From the IMG/VR virus record IMGVR_UViG_3300028423_000356, positions 32,001 to 96,000 of that record: 64,000 bases of DNA; one strand, given 5' to 3'. Source of the DNA: a virus. A program made the translations under genes and the position numbers. Under the pieces are notes generated by a model. That model was given only the letters and a program-made list of their open reading frames with translations. It did no database searches and was not told the origin of the DNA. Every line of letters begins with the position of its first letter. Within the stretch, counting starts at the first letter, position 1. Positions 30,278 through 40,585 of this stretch are shown here, in pieces.

Positions 30278-31957
30278 ATGGCTTTATTTAACCCTTCCGC
30301 TTCTCCTGCAGTTGTTGTTCGTGAAGTAGACTTAACAGGTGGTGTACCTAATGTCCAATCTTCAACAGGTGTATTCGTAGGTAACTTTAACTGGGGTCCA
30401 GTATTACAAAGAACATTAATAGGTTCTGAATCTGGTCTAGCAGAAACTTTCACAACACCAAATAAAACAAATGCAAGAGACTTTATTTCAGCTGCGAAAT
30501 TTTTGACTTATTCGCAAGCTCTATATGTAACAAGAATCATAGATGAAAATGCTTCTAATGCTTATACTGATATCAATGAACTAATTGATTCGGACAACAT
30601 TTCATCAGCATTTGATTCAGCAGATTATAAAAAAATAACAATAAGAAACGAAGAAGAATTTGAAATACTTAAAATGTCCTTAGATGTGATTTCAGCAAAT
30701 TGGATTGCTAGATTTCCGGGTGCTTTAGGTAATTCATTAAAAGTATCATACCATTCTGGTGGAACTGGATTTGAAAATTGGGAATATTCTGATTTTTTCG
30801 ATGCTGCACCAAATAATGACGAAGTTCATGTTGTGGTAGTAGATGAAAATGGTTTATTCACTGGTAGTGAAAACACAGTTCTTGAAACTTATCAATTTGT
30901 TTCAAAAGACCCAATTGCTAAAAACCCAAATGGTACTACAAATTATATTAATGATGTGATAAATAACAAATCACAATATGTGTATTTCACAGGTTCAGCA
31001 GATTCATTTTCAGGATCTGAATCAAAATCATTTGATATGGGTAACGATTCATCATCTATAGGTGTTGATGAATACCAAATAGGATTTGATTTATATAATG
31101 ATATAGAAACAGTAACTATCGATTTTTTAATTTCACCAAGTATGGTTAACAGAACTGACCATGTTACTATGGTTAATTATTTGGTAAGTATTGCAGAAGG
31201 TGAACGTAAAGATTGTGTTGTAATAACATCACCAGCAGTTTCAGATATGGATGAATTCAATCCTGACAATATAAACACTAATATTATCGAAACATCAAAG
31301 GGATACACACGTTCATCATATTTAGTTGCTGAAAACAACTTTTTAAAGGTATATGATAAATATAACGATCAATATATCGATATTCCTGCTGCTTCTTCAA
31401 CTGCTGGTATTATGGCAGCAACTGACTTAAATGCAGCACCTTGGTTTTCCCCAGCAGGAACAAGACGTGGAAACTACTTGGGTGTAACAACTCTTAAATA
31501 CAATCCAACAAAAAAACATAGAGATGAACTTTATAAAGTTGGTGTAAACCCAATTGCTAATATTCCGGGTCAAGGTATTCTTCTATATGGAGATAAAACT
31601 TTCCTCGCAAGACCTTCAGCATTTGATAGAATTAATGTTCGTCGTCTATTTTTAGTTCTTGAAAGAGCAATTTCAAGAGCAGCAAAAAATGTAATTTTTG
31701 AACTTAACGATGAGTTCACTCGTGCCGAATTTGTTAACATTGTGGAACCTGTTCTACGTGAAGTACAAGGTCGTCGTGGACTAACAGACTATAAAGTTGT
31801 TTGTGATGAAACAAATAACACTCCAGCTGTTGTAGATCGCAATGAGTTCGTAGCAAACATCTTCATCAAACCAACACGTTCAATCAACTTTGTAACACTA
31901 AACTTTGTTGCAGTTAGATCTGGTGTGTCATTTGAAGAAGTTGTTGGAACAGTATAA
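30278..31957 (+). CDS. gp18: Tail sheath protein gp18
   Basis: SPAVVVREVDLT; PWFSPAG..RG; SAFDRINVRRLF; FELNDEFTR. Confidence 0.97.
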   Translation: MALFNPSASPAVVVREVDLTGGVPNVQSSTGVFVGNFNWGPVLQRTLIGSESGLAETFTTPNKTNARDFISAAKFLTYSQALYVTRIIDENASNAYTDINELIDSDNISSAFDSADYKKITIRNEEEFEILKMSLDVISANWIARFPGALGNSLKVSYHSGGTGFENWEYSDFFDAAPNNDEVHVVVVDENGLFTGSENTVLETYQFVSKDPIAKNPNGTTNYINDVINNKSQYVYFTGSADSFSGSESKSFDMGNDSSSIGVDEYQIGFDLYNDIETVTIDFLISPSMVNRTDHVTMVNYLVSIAEGERKDCVVITSPAVSDMDEFNPDNINTNIIETSKGYTRSSYLVAENNFLKVYDKYNDQYIDIPAASSTAGIMAATDLNAAPWFSPAGTRRGNYLGVTTLKYNPTKKHRDELYKVGVNPIANIPGQGILLYGDKTFLARPSAFDRINVRRLFLVLERAISRAAKNVIFELNDEFTRAEFVNIVEPVLREVQGRRGLTDYKVVCDETNNTPAVVDRNEFVANIFIKPTRSINFVTLNFVAVRSGVSFEEVVGTV

Positions 31958-31972
31958 TAAGGAGATATAACA

Positions 31973-32560
31973 ATGGCTTTTAGAATTAATGAATTTAAAG
32001 AAGCTCTTGCTGGTGGTGGTGCACGTCCCAATCAGTTTAGAGTTAGATTATCAGCGCCAAATGGTGATGGTGACGGACTCCAGTTGGATGAAAATTTAGG
32101 TTTACAATCTGCATTTTTAGTTCAAGCTGCGCAGTTACCCTCATCCAACATCGGAACGACACCAGTATTTTTCCGTGGTCGTCAAATACCATTCGCAGGT
32201 GACCGCACATTCGAACCTTGGACAGTCACTGTTTTAAATGATAGAGATTTTAAAATTAGACAAATCCTAGAAGAATGGGTTGCATTAATGGGTAATAATG
32301 CTCGTGTAGAAGGTGCTACTGAACCTGTTAACTACCAAGCTGATTTATTTGTGGATCAACTAGACAGAGATGGTGATACAGTAATTAGAACTTATAAGTT
32401 CCATGATGCGTTTCCAAGTGATGTTGATGCAATTGATCTTTCAATGTCTGATAACGATACTATTGAACAGTATGGTGTAACTTGGCAGTTTTCTTACTGG
32501 ACTATTGTATCAGAAGGTACAAGAACTGGTGGAACATCCAGAATATCTGAAAACGGTTAA
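31973..32560 (+). CDS. gp19: Tail tube protein gp19
   Basis: GGGARPNQFRV; FRGRQIPFAGDRTFEPWTVTVLND. Confidence 0.96.
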   Translation: MAFRINEFKEALAGGGARPNQFRVRLSAPNGDGDGLQLDENLGLQSAFLVQAAQLPSSNIGTTPVFFRGRQIPFAGDRTFEPWTVTVLNDRDFKIRQILEEWVALMGNNARVEGATEPVNYQADLFVDQLDRDGDTVIRTYKFHDAFPSDVDAIDLSMSDNDTIEQYGVTWQFSYWTIVSEGTRTGGTSRISENG

Positions 32561-32568
32561 TTTTCACA

Positions 32569-32576
32569 TATAAATA
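32569..32576 (+). promoter_or_regulatory. T4-type late promoter TATAAATA
   Basis: Exact consensus upstream of gp20. Confidence 0.75.
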
Positions 32577-32584
32577 ATAATTGG

Positions 32585-32604
32585 AAGGGACTTAGGTCCC
32601 TTTC
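32585..32604 (+). terminator. Hairpin/terminator after gp19
   Basis: aagggac-ttag-gtcccttt; short T-tail. Confidence 0.65.
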
Positions 32605-32631
32605 ATACTATTTAAATGATTGGGAAATATA

Positions 32632-34290
32632 ATGGCAGAAAATAATTCGTTTAATTTTTTTGGGTTTGAGATAAAACGTTCCAAGAAAGAAAAAGAAGAT
32701 AAAGAAAAAATATTAAAATCTCCTGTTCACCCAACAGATGATGACGGTGCTGGTTATGTTACAGCTTCTGGAACTCACTTTGCACAATATATCGATTTCG
32801 ATAGAAATGTAAATAGTCGTGATAATGTAGAACAAATAATGAGATATCGTGGTGTCGCAATGCACCCAGAAGTAGATCAGGCTATCGAAGAAATAGTTTC
32901 TGAAGCAATATCAACTTCAGAAGTCAAATCTTCAGTCACATTAAATATGGATAATTTATCGGGTATCAGTGATAAAATAAAAAAATCCATAAATGACGAA
33001 TTCAATAATGTTTTAAATCTTTTAGATTTTAATAATAATGGTTCTGATATATTTAGAAGATGGTATATTGATGGTAGAATAAATCATCATCTTCTTATAG
33101 ATGAAAGTAACCCTAAAATGGGTATTCAAGACATAAGATATGTAGATTCAACCAAAATACGTAAAGTAAAAAACGTTAAAACTAAAAAAGATCGAGAAAG
33201 TGGTACTGATATAATAACACAAGTTGACGAATTCTTTGTATATCAAGACAAACCAGGTAAAGAAGCAAATGGTGTTAAATTGTCAAAAGATTCAGTTTCA
33301 TATGTAACTTCAGGTATATTGGATGAAAACAGGAAAAAGGTGTTATCATATTTACATAAAGCCATAAAACCAATCAACCAATTAAGAATGATGGAAGACG
33401 CACTTGTAATTTATAGACTTGCGAGAGCACCAGAAAGACGAATGTTTTATATTGATGTTGGTAACTTACCACGTGGTAAAGCAGAAGAGTATATGAAAGG
33501 TATTATGGCAAGATACCGTAATAAACTTGTTTATGATGCAAATACAGGTGCAATTCGTGACGATAGAAAACATATGTCTATGCTAGAAGATTTTTGGTTA
33601 CCACGTAGAGAAGGTGGTAAAGGGACTGAAGTATCAACATTACCTGGTGGACAAAACTTGGGTGAGATGGATGATGTTCTTTATTTCCAAAGAAATATGT
33701 ATAAAGCATTAAATGTTCCTATATCAAGATTAGAACCTGATAACAATTTTACTCTTGGAAGAGCAACAGAAATATCTCGTGATGAAGTAAAATTTCAAAA
33801 ATTTATTGATAAACTTCGTCGTCGTTTTTCAAATGTGTTTTTAGATATATTGAAAAAACAATTACTATTAAAAAACATAATAACAGAAAAAGATTGGGAA
33901 AAATGGAAACATAATCTATACGTTGACTATGTTAGAGATAACCATTTCACTGAAATGCGTGATATGGAAATAATAAGAGAAAGATTCCAAACTCTTGATA
34001 TGGCAAGTCAATATATAGGTCAATTAGTATCTCAAGATTGGGTATTAAAAAATATATTAAAGTTATCAGATACAGAAATTCAGAAAATGAGAAGTGAAAT
34101 ACAGTCTTCTAGTGATGATGATATTAATAGTGATGGTGAAAATAGTAACACTCCAGAAGGACAACAACCACAACAAGAAGATTTTAATATCACTGAATTT
34201 GATATAAATAATAATGAAAATGATAAGATTACATCTGATGATATGCAACTGGAAGTTACCAAACAACTTACTGATTTGTTAAAAAAGTAA
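32632..34290 (+). CDS. gp20: Portal vertex protein gp20
   Basis: LSYLHKAIKP.NQLRMMEDALVIYRLARAPERR.FYIDVGNLP; EDFWLPRREGGKGTE; ATG at 32632 preferred over TTG at 32620. Confidence 0.97.
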   Translation: MAENNSFNFFGFEIKRSKKEKEDKEKILKSPVHPTDDDGAGYVTASGTHFAQYIDFDRNVNSRDNVEQIMRYRGVAMHPEVDQAIEEIVSEAISTSEVKSSVTLNMDNLSGISDKIKKSINDEFNNVLNLLDFNNNGSDIFRRWYIDGRINHHLLIDESNPKMGIQDIRYVDSTKIRKVKNVKTKKDRESGTDIITQVDEFFVYQDKPGKEANGVKLSKDSVSYVTSGILDENRKKVLSYLHKAIKPINQLRMMEDALVIYRLARAPERRMFYIDVGNLPRGKAEEYMKGIMARYRNKLVYDANTGAIRDDRKHMSMLEDFWLPRREGGKGTEVSTLPGGQNLGEMDDVLYFQRNMYKALNVPISRLEPDNNFTLGRATEISRDEVKFQKFIDKLRRRFSNVFLDILKKQLLLKNIITEKDWEKWKHNLYVDYVRDNHFTEMRDMEIIRERFQTLDMASQYIGQLVSQDWVLKNILKLSDTEIQKMRSEIQSSSDDDINSDGENSNTPEGQQPQQEDFNITEFDINNNENDKITSDDMQLEVTKQLTDLLKK

Positions 34291-34314
34291 TCTGATTAAA
34301 ATTGGATTTACATT

Positions 34315-35559
34315 ATGACTTTGATAAATGAGGCTTTAATAACCCTTAACATTAAAAGAATTAATCAAGAGATTGATGAAATTAAATCATCAATCCCAGA
34401 ATCTATTGTTGGTGAAAAGGGTGAAAGAGGTCCAAAGGGACGTGACGGTAAAGATGCTGATAATGATTATATCGTTAACACTCTAAAAGAAGATAATACG
34501 TTTTTATCACAATTAAAAGGTAGTGATGGTGTTAATGGTCGTGACGGAAAAGATGCGAATCCAATTGACATATCTAATATTCTAAAACAAGATACTTCTT
34601 TCATCAAAACAGTCAAAGAAGATTTACTTGATGAAAGTAGTTACAACACTTTACATTCAATTCTTAAAGAAGATCAAACATTCATATCACTAATAAAAGG
34701 TGATAATGGAAAAGATGGATTAGATGGTAAAGATGGTCGTGATGGAAAAGATGTTGATAATGAATTCATAATCAATGCTTTAAAAAAAGATGATGTATTT
34801 AAATCTGAATTAAAAGGTAGAGATGGTCGTGACGGAAAAGATGGATTAGATGGTAAAGATGGAGAAACTCCAAGTAAAAAATATTTAATTCAATTAATTG
34901 AACCAATTATTACCAATTCAGAAAAAAATATAAAGTCTTCAATTTCTAAAGAAACAGATGAACAAATAAATAAAAAAATTAATTCTCATTTTGAAAAAAT
35001 ACAAAAAATTAATGACGATAAATTTGAAGAAGTTGAAGAAGAAACAGAAAAAAAGATTGCCACATCTGTAACTAATATGAGAAAGGAAATGAGGGGATTC
35101 AGAGAAGACCTTCATAAGACACTTAGAGATGTTAGAGATGAATATAATCAAAAAGGTAGTCCATATGGATTAGGTGGATTTGGTGGTGGTGCTGGCGTAA
35201 CTCTTATGAATGAGTTATTGGGTTCTAAAGATGTTGAAAGAACACCAGTAGAAGAAATTGAAACAAATAGTATACTTATTTGGGATGCTGATTTGAAAAA
35301 GTTTTATGTTGAAGGTATTATAAATATATTAGACAGACTGAAAGTGGAATTAGAAGTGCAATACGATAGATTAGTAGATGTAGAAGGAGATTATACATAT
35401 ATCGGTGAGGCAACTCCTGGTTCAACTAAAGGTGAATCTGTTTGGAGAATTAAAAGAATTAAACAAATCGGTGAAGATATCGAAATACGTTGGGCAGAAG
35501 GTAACGACAATTTCGATAAATCATGGATTGATAGATTGAACTATACTTATTTGGAGTAA
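34315..35559 (+). CDS. Collagen-like repeat protein
   Basis: Four G-X-Y blocks (GEKGERGPKGRDGKD etc.) alternating with LK.D..F...LKG helices; C-terminal YIGEA.PGS....VWRIKRI domain. Confidence 0.75.
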   Translation: MTLINEALITLNIKRINQEIDEIKSSIPESIVGEKGERGPKGRDGKDADNDYIVNTLKEDNTFLSQLKGSDGVNGRDGKDANPIDISNILKQDTSFIKTVKEDLLDESSYNTLHSILKEDQTFISLIKGDNGKDGLDGKDGRDGKDVDNEFIINALKKDDVFKSELKGRDGRDGKDGLDGKDGETPSKKYLIQLIEPIITNSEKNIKSSISKETDEQINKKINSHFEKIQKINDDKFEEVEEETEKKIATSVTNMRKEMRGFREDLHKTLRDVRDEYNQKGSPYGLGGFGGGAGVTLMNELLGSKDVERTPVEEIETNSILIWDADLKKFYVEGIINILDRLKVELEVQYDRLVDVEGDYTYIGEATPGSTKGESVWRIKRIKQIGEDIEIRWAEGNDNFDKSWIDRLNYTYLE

Positions 35560-35563
35560 ATAA

Positions 35564-36856
35564 ATGTCTATATTAACAAATCCAAATAATTTAAATCAAA
35601 ATATAGAAGTTATTTTTGACACGAACAATAAAACTATAGAATTATTAATTGATGGTAATTTGACATCTGATGGTGTTGACTTCTATACTTTATATTTATT
35701 TACTGAAAGTGAATGGAATAATGACCCAAACTTATCATTATTTCAATTCCCATTTAAATTTATTGATGAACAAAAATTCGAACTAATTAATGGTTGGACT
35801 TTTATTAACTCAAATACAATAGATTTATTAAGAAATGCGGGATTCTCGATTAAAAATGGTTCTAATGTTTCATTAGAAGAATATGCTTGTATTATTACTT
35901 TTGGTGATATTAATACTGATAGTCAAATATATTATACTCAAGGTAACACACAAGATTGGACTAATTTCAATACGAACGGTCACGTGAATCAGTGTATTAA
36001 AATATATGATTTTTTAAACTCTATAAATTATAAAAATAATATTAAATTATTTGTGCGTGATTATTACAACACATACGATCAAATTGAATTATCTGATATA
36101 GGTGTTGATGAAATGACATATGACACATACAGGTTTCCTTTAAACACTGAAAATGACTTGAATGTAGTAAATGATACAGTTACAGTTGATACATATGGTG
36201 TTACTATAACATATTATGATAATGATATAATGAAAACTATAGATGATAACTCATATCCATTTAATATAGTGATTGATGGTAATGGTAGGAGAATTGGTGA
36301 AATATACCAAGCAGTGAAATCTTTATTACTAAAAGAGTATGATATAGATAATGGAACTGGGACGGTAATAGGTAAAGTTTCAGATGAATTAATATATTAT
36401 GAAGGTGAGATATTAACCACTAAACAAGGGGTTTTTATAGAAAATATTTCTAAAGTGGATATTAATTCTGTTGAGTTTTACGATTCAAATAATATTCTAA
36501 GAACCTATCTCTATGTTTCAAGTGGTAAAATTATTTTCAATGAAAATTTATATAATGATGGTAATGCAGAATATATGATGTTTTTCAAAGATACTTGGGG
36601 TGGTGATAATGCAATACCTGTAAAAAATGAAAATGGTGTGGAAATTAGAGATGTTATAAATAATAGTGAAAATGAATTTACATTTGGTTATGACACAGAT
36701 TCTGATGGTGGGTTACCATCAACTGATAAGAATGTAACTATTATTGCAATTGGTAAAAATAAAGGTGAGTTTATAAAGGTGGACGGAACCATTAGTAGAA
36801 CCAAAAACAATATTTTCAGAATTAATGCACCAAAAGAAATAAATTATAAAATTTGA
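35564..36856 (+). CDS. Hypothetical structural-island protein
   Basis: 430 aa; N-terminal NK.I...LY....W...L.NGW pattern shared with 43441. Confidence 0.6.
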   Translation: MSILTNPNNLNQNIEVIFDTNNKTIELLIDGNLTSDGVDFYTLYLFTESEWNNDPNLSLFQFPFKFIDEQKFELINGWTFINSNTIDLLRNAGFSIKNGSNVSLEEYACIITFGDINTDSQIYYTQGNTQDWTNFNTNGHVNQCIKIYDFLNSINYKNNIKLFVRDYYNTYDQIELSDIGVDEMTYDTYRFPLNTENDLNVVNDTVTVDTYGVTITYYDNDIMKTIDDNSYPFNIVIDGNGRRIGEIYQAVKSLLLKEYDIDNGTGTVIGKVSDELIYYEGEILTTKQGVFIENISKVDINSVEFYDSNNILRTYLYVSSGKIIFNENLYNDGNAEYMMFFKDTWGGDNAIPVKNENGVEIRDVINNSENEFTFGYDTDSDGGLPSTDKNVTIIAIGKNKGEFIKVDGTISRTKNNIFRINAPKEINYKI

Positions 36857-36860
36857 TTAT

Positions 36861-36868
36861 TATAAATA
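36861..36868 (+). promoter_or_regulatory. T4-type late promoter TATAAATA
   Basis: Exact consensus, intergenic. Confidence 0.8.
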
Positions 36869-36894
36869 ATCAGGACTAAAGGGTGTTATATTAA

Positions 36895-37149
36895 ATGACG
36901 AATGAAGAATTAGATGTTTTAATTGTATCTTTAAAAGATTGTTTAGAGACCACTGCATTTAATAGTGGACTTGCATCTAATATTGAAATAAAATCATCTA
37001 GATTAGAAATATTAAAAAGTGAAGTTTCTGATTTAGATAATCAAATGACTTCTTTGAATGACATTCGTTTGAAAAAAATAGAAGAAATTGAAAGACTCGA
37101 AAATTCTATTAATGAACTTCGAGCACAACTTTTATACGATGATACGTGA
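36895..37149 (+). CDS. Small coiled-coil protein
   Basis: 84 aa with heptad Leu/Ile pattern. Confidence 0.65.
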   Translation: MTNEELDVLIVSLKDCLETTAFNSGLASNIEIKSSRLEILKSEVSDLDNQMTSLNDIRLKKIEEIERLENSINELRAQLLYDDT

Positions 37150-37208
37150 AGTGTTATAGTTTATATTATTTAATATTATACATTTAACTTAAACACAGGA
37201 GACGTAAT

Positions 37209-38834
37209 ATGGCGTATTCAATCGACGGACTATCATGTGGAGACTACGGTCAAGACCTAGTAGACGCATTTTCTTGTTTTGCACAAGAACAGGGTCTATC
37301 CACAGCGGAGTATGTTAACTCTAAAATTCAAGAGTTACTAAATGTTCACCTAACAGATGTTACTGAACTATCAAATAAAATTGCTCTAATCAATGCTGAA
37401 CTAGATTCAGATGATGTTGTTTTTAATAACATCCTAACAGAACTTGTTCGCCTAAACAACGAAATCGTTGCAAATGATGGTGACATTGCTGATCTACAAG
37501 CAAATCTAGCAGCAGCACAATCTGCTCTTCAATCTTCAATCAATACAGTTCAGTCTAACCTAACAACTGAAGTAACTCGTCTTGATGGTCGTATTGACGC
37601 AGTAGAAGCAGCACACGATTCTGATAACACAGAAGTTCGTGCTCTTATTGCTTCTAACCTAGCAGCAATTAACACAGAAGTTTCAGACCGTGAAACAGAA
37701 ATTGCTCGTATTGAGGCACTAATCGCTTCAACAGATGCAGCAAACGATTCAGACTTTAATGCATATGTAACTTCAAACGATGCGGCACTTGCAGTAGAAG
37801 TTGCAAACCGTATTGCTGGTGATTCAGACCTACAGGCACAAGTTGATTCAATCAATGTTGAATTTGCTTCATCTGTAACTGCACTAGAAAACGCAATTGC
37901 AGCAGAAGAAGCAGCACGTATTGCTGGTGATTCAGACCTTCAAGTTGCTCTACAAGCAGAAATCGACGCTACTAATGCAGACGTAACACGTATTGAAGGT
38001 GATATCCAAGATGTCATCACAGCATATGTGGCAGCAGATTCTGACCTACAAGCACAGATTACAGCAGAAGTTGCTAATCGTGTAGCAGGTGATTCAGACC
38101 TTCAAGTTGCAGTTGACGCAGTAGTTGCAGATCTTGCAGCAGAAGTTACTCGTGCAACAACAGCAGAAGGTAATCTACAAGCAGGTATTGATGCTCTTGA
38201 CGCACAGATGTCAGCAGCAGTTGCTACATTAGAAGCAAAAGATTCTGACCTTCAGGCAGAAATCGCAACTAATCTTGCAACATTCAATGCTTACGTAACT
38301 TCAAATGATGCTGCACTTGCAGCAGAAATCGCAGCAACAGATGCTGAAATAGCAGATCTACAGGCGGCAGATTCAGACTTCAACGCAGCATTCGAAGCAT
38401 ATAAAACTGCAAATGACGCACGTGTTGCGGCAGTTGAAACTGACCTAGCAGGTTACAAAACTGCAAATGATGCTCGTTCAGCAGCAATTGAATCAGACTT
38501 CTCTGCTTATGTGACATCAAATGATGCACGTTCAGCGGCAATTGAAGCAACTATTGATTCACTAAATGCTGAATTCTCATCATCAGTTGCAGCATTGGAA
38601 GCAACAGATTCTTCACTACAATCACAGATTGACGCAATCAATACTAATGTAAGTTCTTCAGTATCTACACTTGAAGCAGCAGATTCCGACCTATCTGCTC
38701 GTGTAACATCTGTAGAAGGATGTCTAGATGACTACTTCCGTAAACTTGCAACAATTGACTGTGCAACAGTGAATCAAGCATTCCAAGCAGGTCTAGCAGC
38801 ATATACACCTGACTCAGGTGATGGTGCTCTGTAA
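37209..38834 (+). CDS. Ala-rich long coiled-coil fibre protein, probably highly expressed
   Basis: RBS aggag; repeats such as EEAARIAGDSDLQ; codon usage (gca, cta, cgt, aac, ttc) resembles gp23; Cys pairs only near both termini. Confidence 0.75.
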   Translation: MAYSIDGLSCGDYGQDLVDAFSCFAQEQGLSTAEYVNSKIQELLNVHLTDVTELSNKIALINAELDSDDVVFNNILTELVRLNNEIVANDGDIADLQANLAAAQSALQSSINTVQSNLTTEVTRLDGRIDAVEAAHDSDNTEVRALIASNLAAINTEVSDRETEIARIEALIASTDAANDSDFNAYVTSNDAALAVEVANRIAGDSDLQAQVDSINVEFASSVTALENAIAAEEAARIAGDSDLQVALQAEIDATNADVTRIEGDIQDVITAYVAADSDLQAQITAEVANRVAGDSDLQVAVDAVVADLAAEVTRATTAEGNLQAGIDALDAQMSAAVATLEAKDSDLQAEIATNLATFNAYVTSNDAALAAEIAATDAEIADLQAADSDFNAAFEAYKTANDARVAAVETDLAGYKTANDARSAAIESDFSAYVTSNDARSAAIEATIDSLNAEFSSSVAALEATDSSLQSQIDAINTNVSSSVSTLEAADSDLSARVTSVEGCLDDYFRKLATIDCATVNQAFQAGLAAYTPDSGDGAL

Positions 38835-38856
38835 TTAATTTACAGTTAAAAATGTG

Positions 38857-38882
38857 GTAGGGGGATTAGTCCCCCTACTTTT
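38857..38882 (+). terminator. Rho-independent terminator
   Basis: gtaggggga-ttag-tccccctac followed by tttt. Confidence 0.85.
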
Positions 38883-38951
38883 AAAAATAATATGAAAAAT
38901 AATATGAACTCCTTGAATTGTATGATGTAGATAACAACAAGGAGAAAAAAA

Positions 38952-40565
38952 ATGGAATTAGTTCCACATACAAATAATTTAATGTATGATGTGAGTAATT
39001 TTGGTGGTGGAAGTGTTAATATAGAAATTGACAATATACAACATTACAGTAATAACACTAGAGAATGGACTTTAGGTGTAGCTTTCTATGATATAAATCA
39101 AAATCCACTTATATTTCCTCAATGGATTGCTACATCAACATCTATTATCGAAAATCCAGATGGTTTATGGGATACTATTGTAATTATTCCGAGTTTAAAA
39201 CCTTCAGATTCACTATCTAATATTTCAGTTCAAATAAATGTTCCCGAAGGTGCACAGTTTATGTCATTTTGGGCTGCAGATTTTATGTACCCAAGAAATG
39301 GTTTTTTACCAGAAATAACCATAAAAGATAAATTTATTAATAGGAAACGTGGGACATCATATTTTTATAGAACATTTAGTGTTAATACTATATATAATGA
39401 ATATGGAGATCCATATATCTATCCAGATAGAACAATGTATGGTTACGGTATTGATGATGGAAAATATATCAATCAAGCTAGAAGTAGTTTATTTGTATAC
39501 CATTCTAACACAAAACATGGTCTTAATGATATAATAAATGATTCTTCTAACCCTAATGGTGCTGTAGAATTCCCCAATCAGTTTTATATAGATGGTATTA
39601 ATGTAACCGCTCAACAATATGTTAATGAAGGACCAGTTGTTGTACCACCTAATGATGCAACAGTATCGGAAAATACTTTAGTAACATTATCTGCAGCAGA
39701 ATCTTATGATCCAGAAGGTGACGAATTAACATATAGTTGGACACAAGTTAGTGGACCAAGTGTTATTATAAATGACGCCAATACAAGTATCGCAAACTTC
39801 ACAACTCGTTCATTACATCATTCTGATCCAGAAGATGTATATGAATTTACTGTAACAGTTTCTGATGGTATAAATGAACCCGTAACATCACCAATAATTA
39901 AAGTGACTTCAACACCAAATCCAAATCAGGCACCTATGACACCAACTTTAACAACTTTATCAGTAAAAGGTGGTGAAACAATTACTATAAATGATACAAC
40001 AACATACGATCCTGATGGTGATGAATTAACTTTTACATCAACACAAATATCAGGTCCAACTGTGACAATAACAGATATGAACTCTCGTGATATTGAGGTA
40101 TCTTTCCCAACTCTACCTTATGGAACATCAGATAACGTTGCTATTATAGACACTATTGTGTCTGATGGTTTGTTATCTTCAACAAGAAGATATTCAATAG
40201 CAATATCAACAGAACCAAACACTTCACCTATCGCAAATGCTGGATTAGATAAAGTTGTAAGTTCAGGTAGTGAGGTTATTTTATCAGGAATTGGTTCATC
40301 CGATCCAGAAGGTGTTCAACTAAGTTATAATTGGATTTTAAAATCAACAACTGGACAAACAGTTACTATAGTGGATTCAAATACAGTTTCACCATCCTTT
40401 GTTGCACCAACTTTAAATCAAGGCGATTCAGATACTGTGTTAATATTCACATTAACTGTGTCAGATGGTGAATTAACCTCATCTGATGATGTGAAAGTTA
40501 CCGTAAGAACACCCTTTAATGGGGTTTATAATTATTGTCCAAGTAACTGCAACTTATTCACATAA
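38952..40565 (+). CDS. PKD/Ig-like repeat protein (three repeats) with C-terminal NYCPSNC
   Basis: SYDPEGDELTYSWTQVSG, YDPDGDELTF and ANAGLDKVV..SDPEG repeats; RBS aaggag. Confidence 0.75.
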   Translation: MELVPHTNNLMYDVSNFGGGSVNIEIDNIQHYSNNTREWTLGVAFYDINQNPLIFPQWIATSTSIIENPDGLWDTIVIIPSLKPSDSLSNISVQINVPEGAQFMSFWAADFMYPRNGFLPEITIKDKFINRKRGTSYFYRTFSVNTIYNEYGDPYIYPDRTMYGYGIDDGKYINQARSSLFVYHSNTKHGLNDIINDSSNPNGAVEFPNQFYIDGINVTAQQYVNEGPVVVPPNDATVSENTLVTLSAAESYDPEGDELTYSWTQVSGPSVIINDANTSIANFTTRSLHHSDPEDVYEFTVTVSDGINEPVTSPIIKVTSTPNPNQAPMTPTLTTLSVKGGETITINDTTTYDPDGDELTFTSTQISGPTVTITDMNSRDIEVSFPTLPYGTSDNVAIIDTIVSDGLLSSTRRYSIAISTEPNTSPIANAGLDKVVSSGSEVILSGIGSSDPEGVQLSYNWILKSTTGQTVTIVDSNTVSPSFVAPTLNQGDSDTVLIFTLTVSDGELTSSDDVKVTVRTPFNGVYNYCPSNCNLFT

Positions 40566-40585
40566 ATATCACAAAGGAAAATAAC

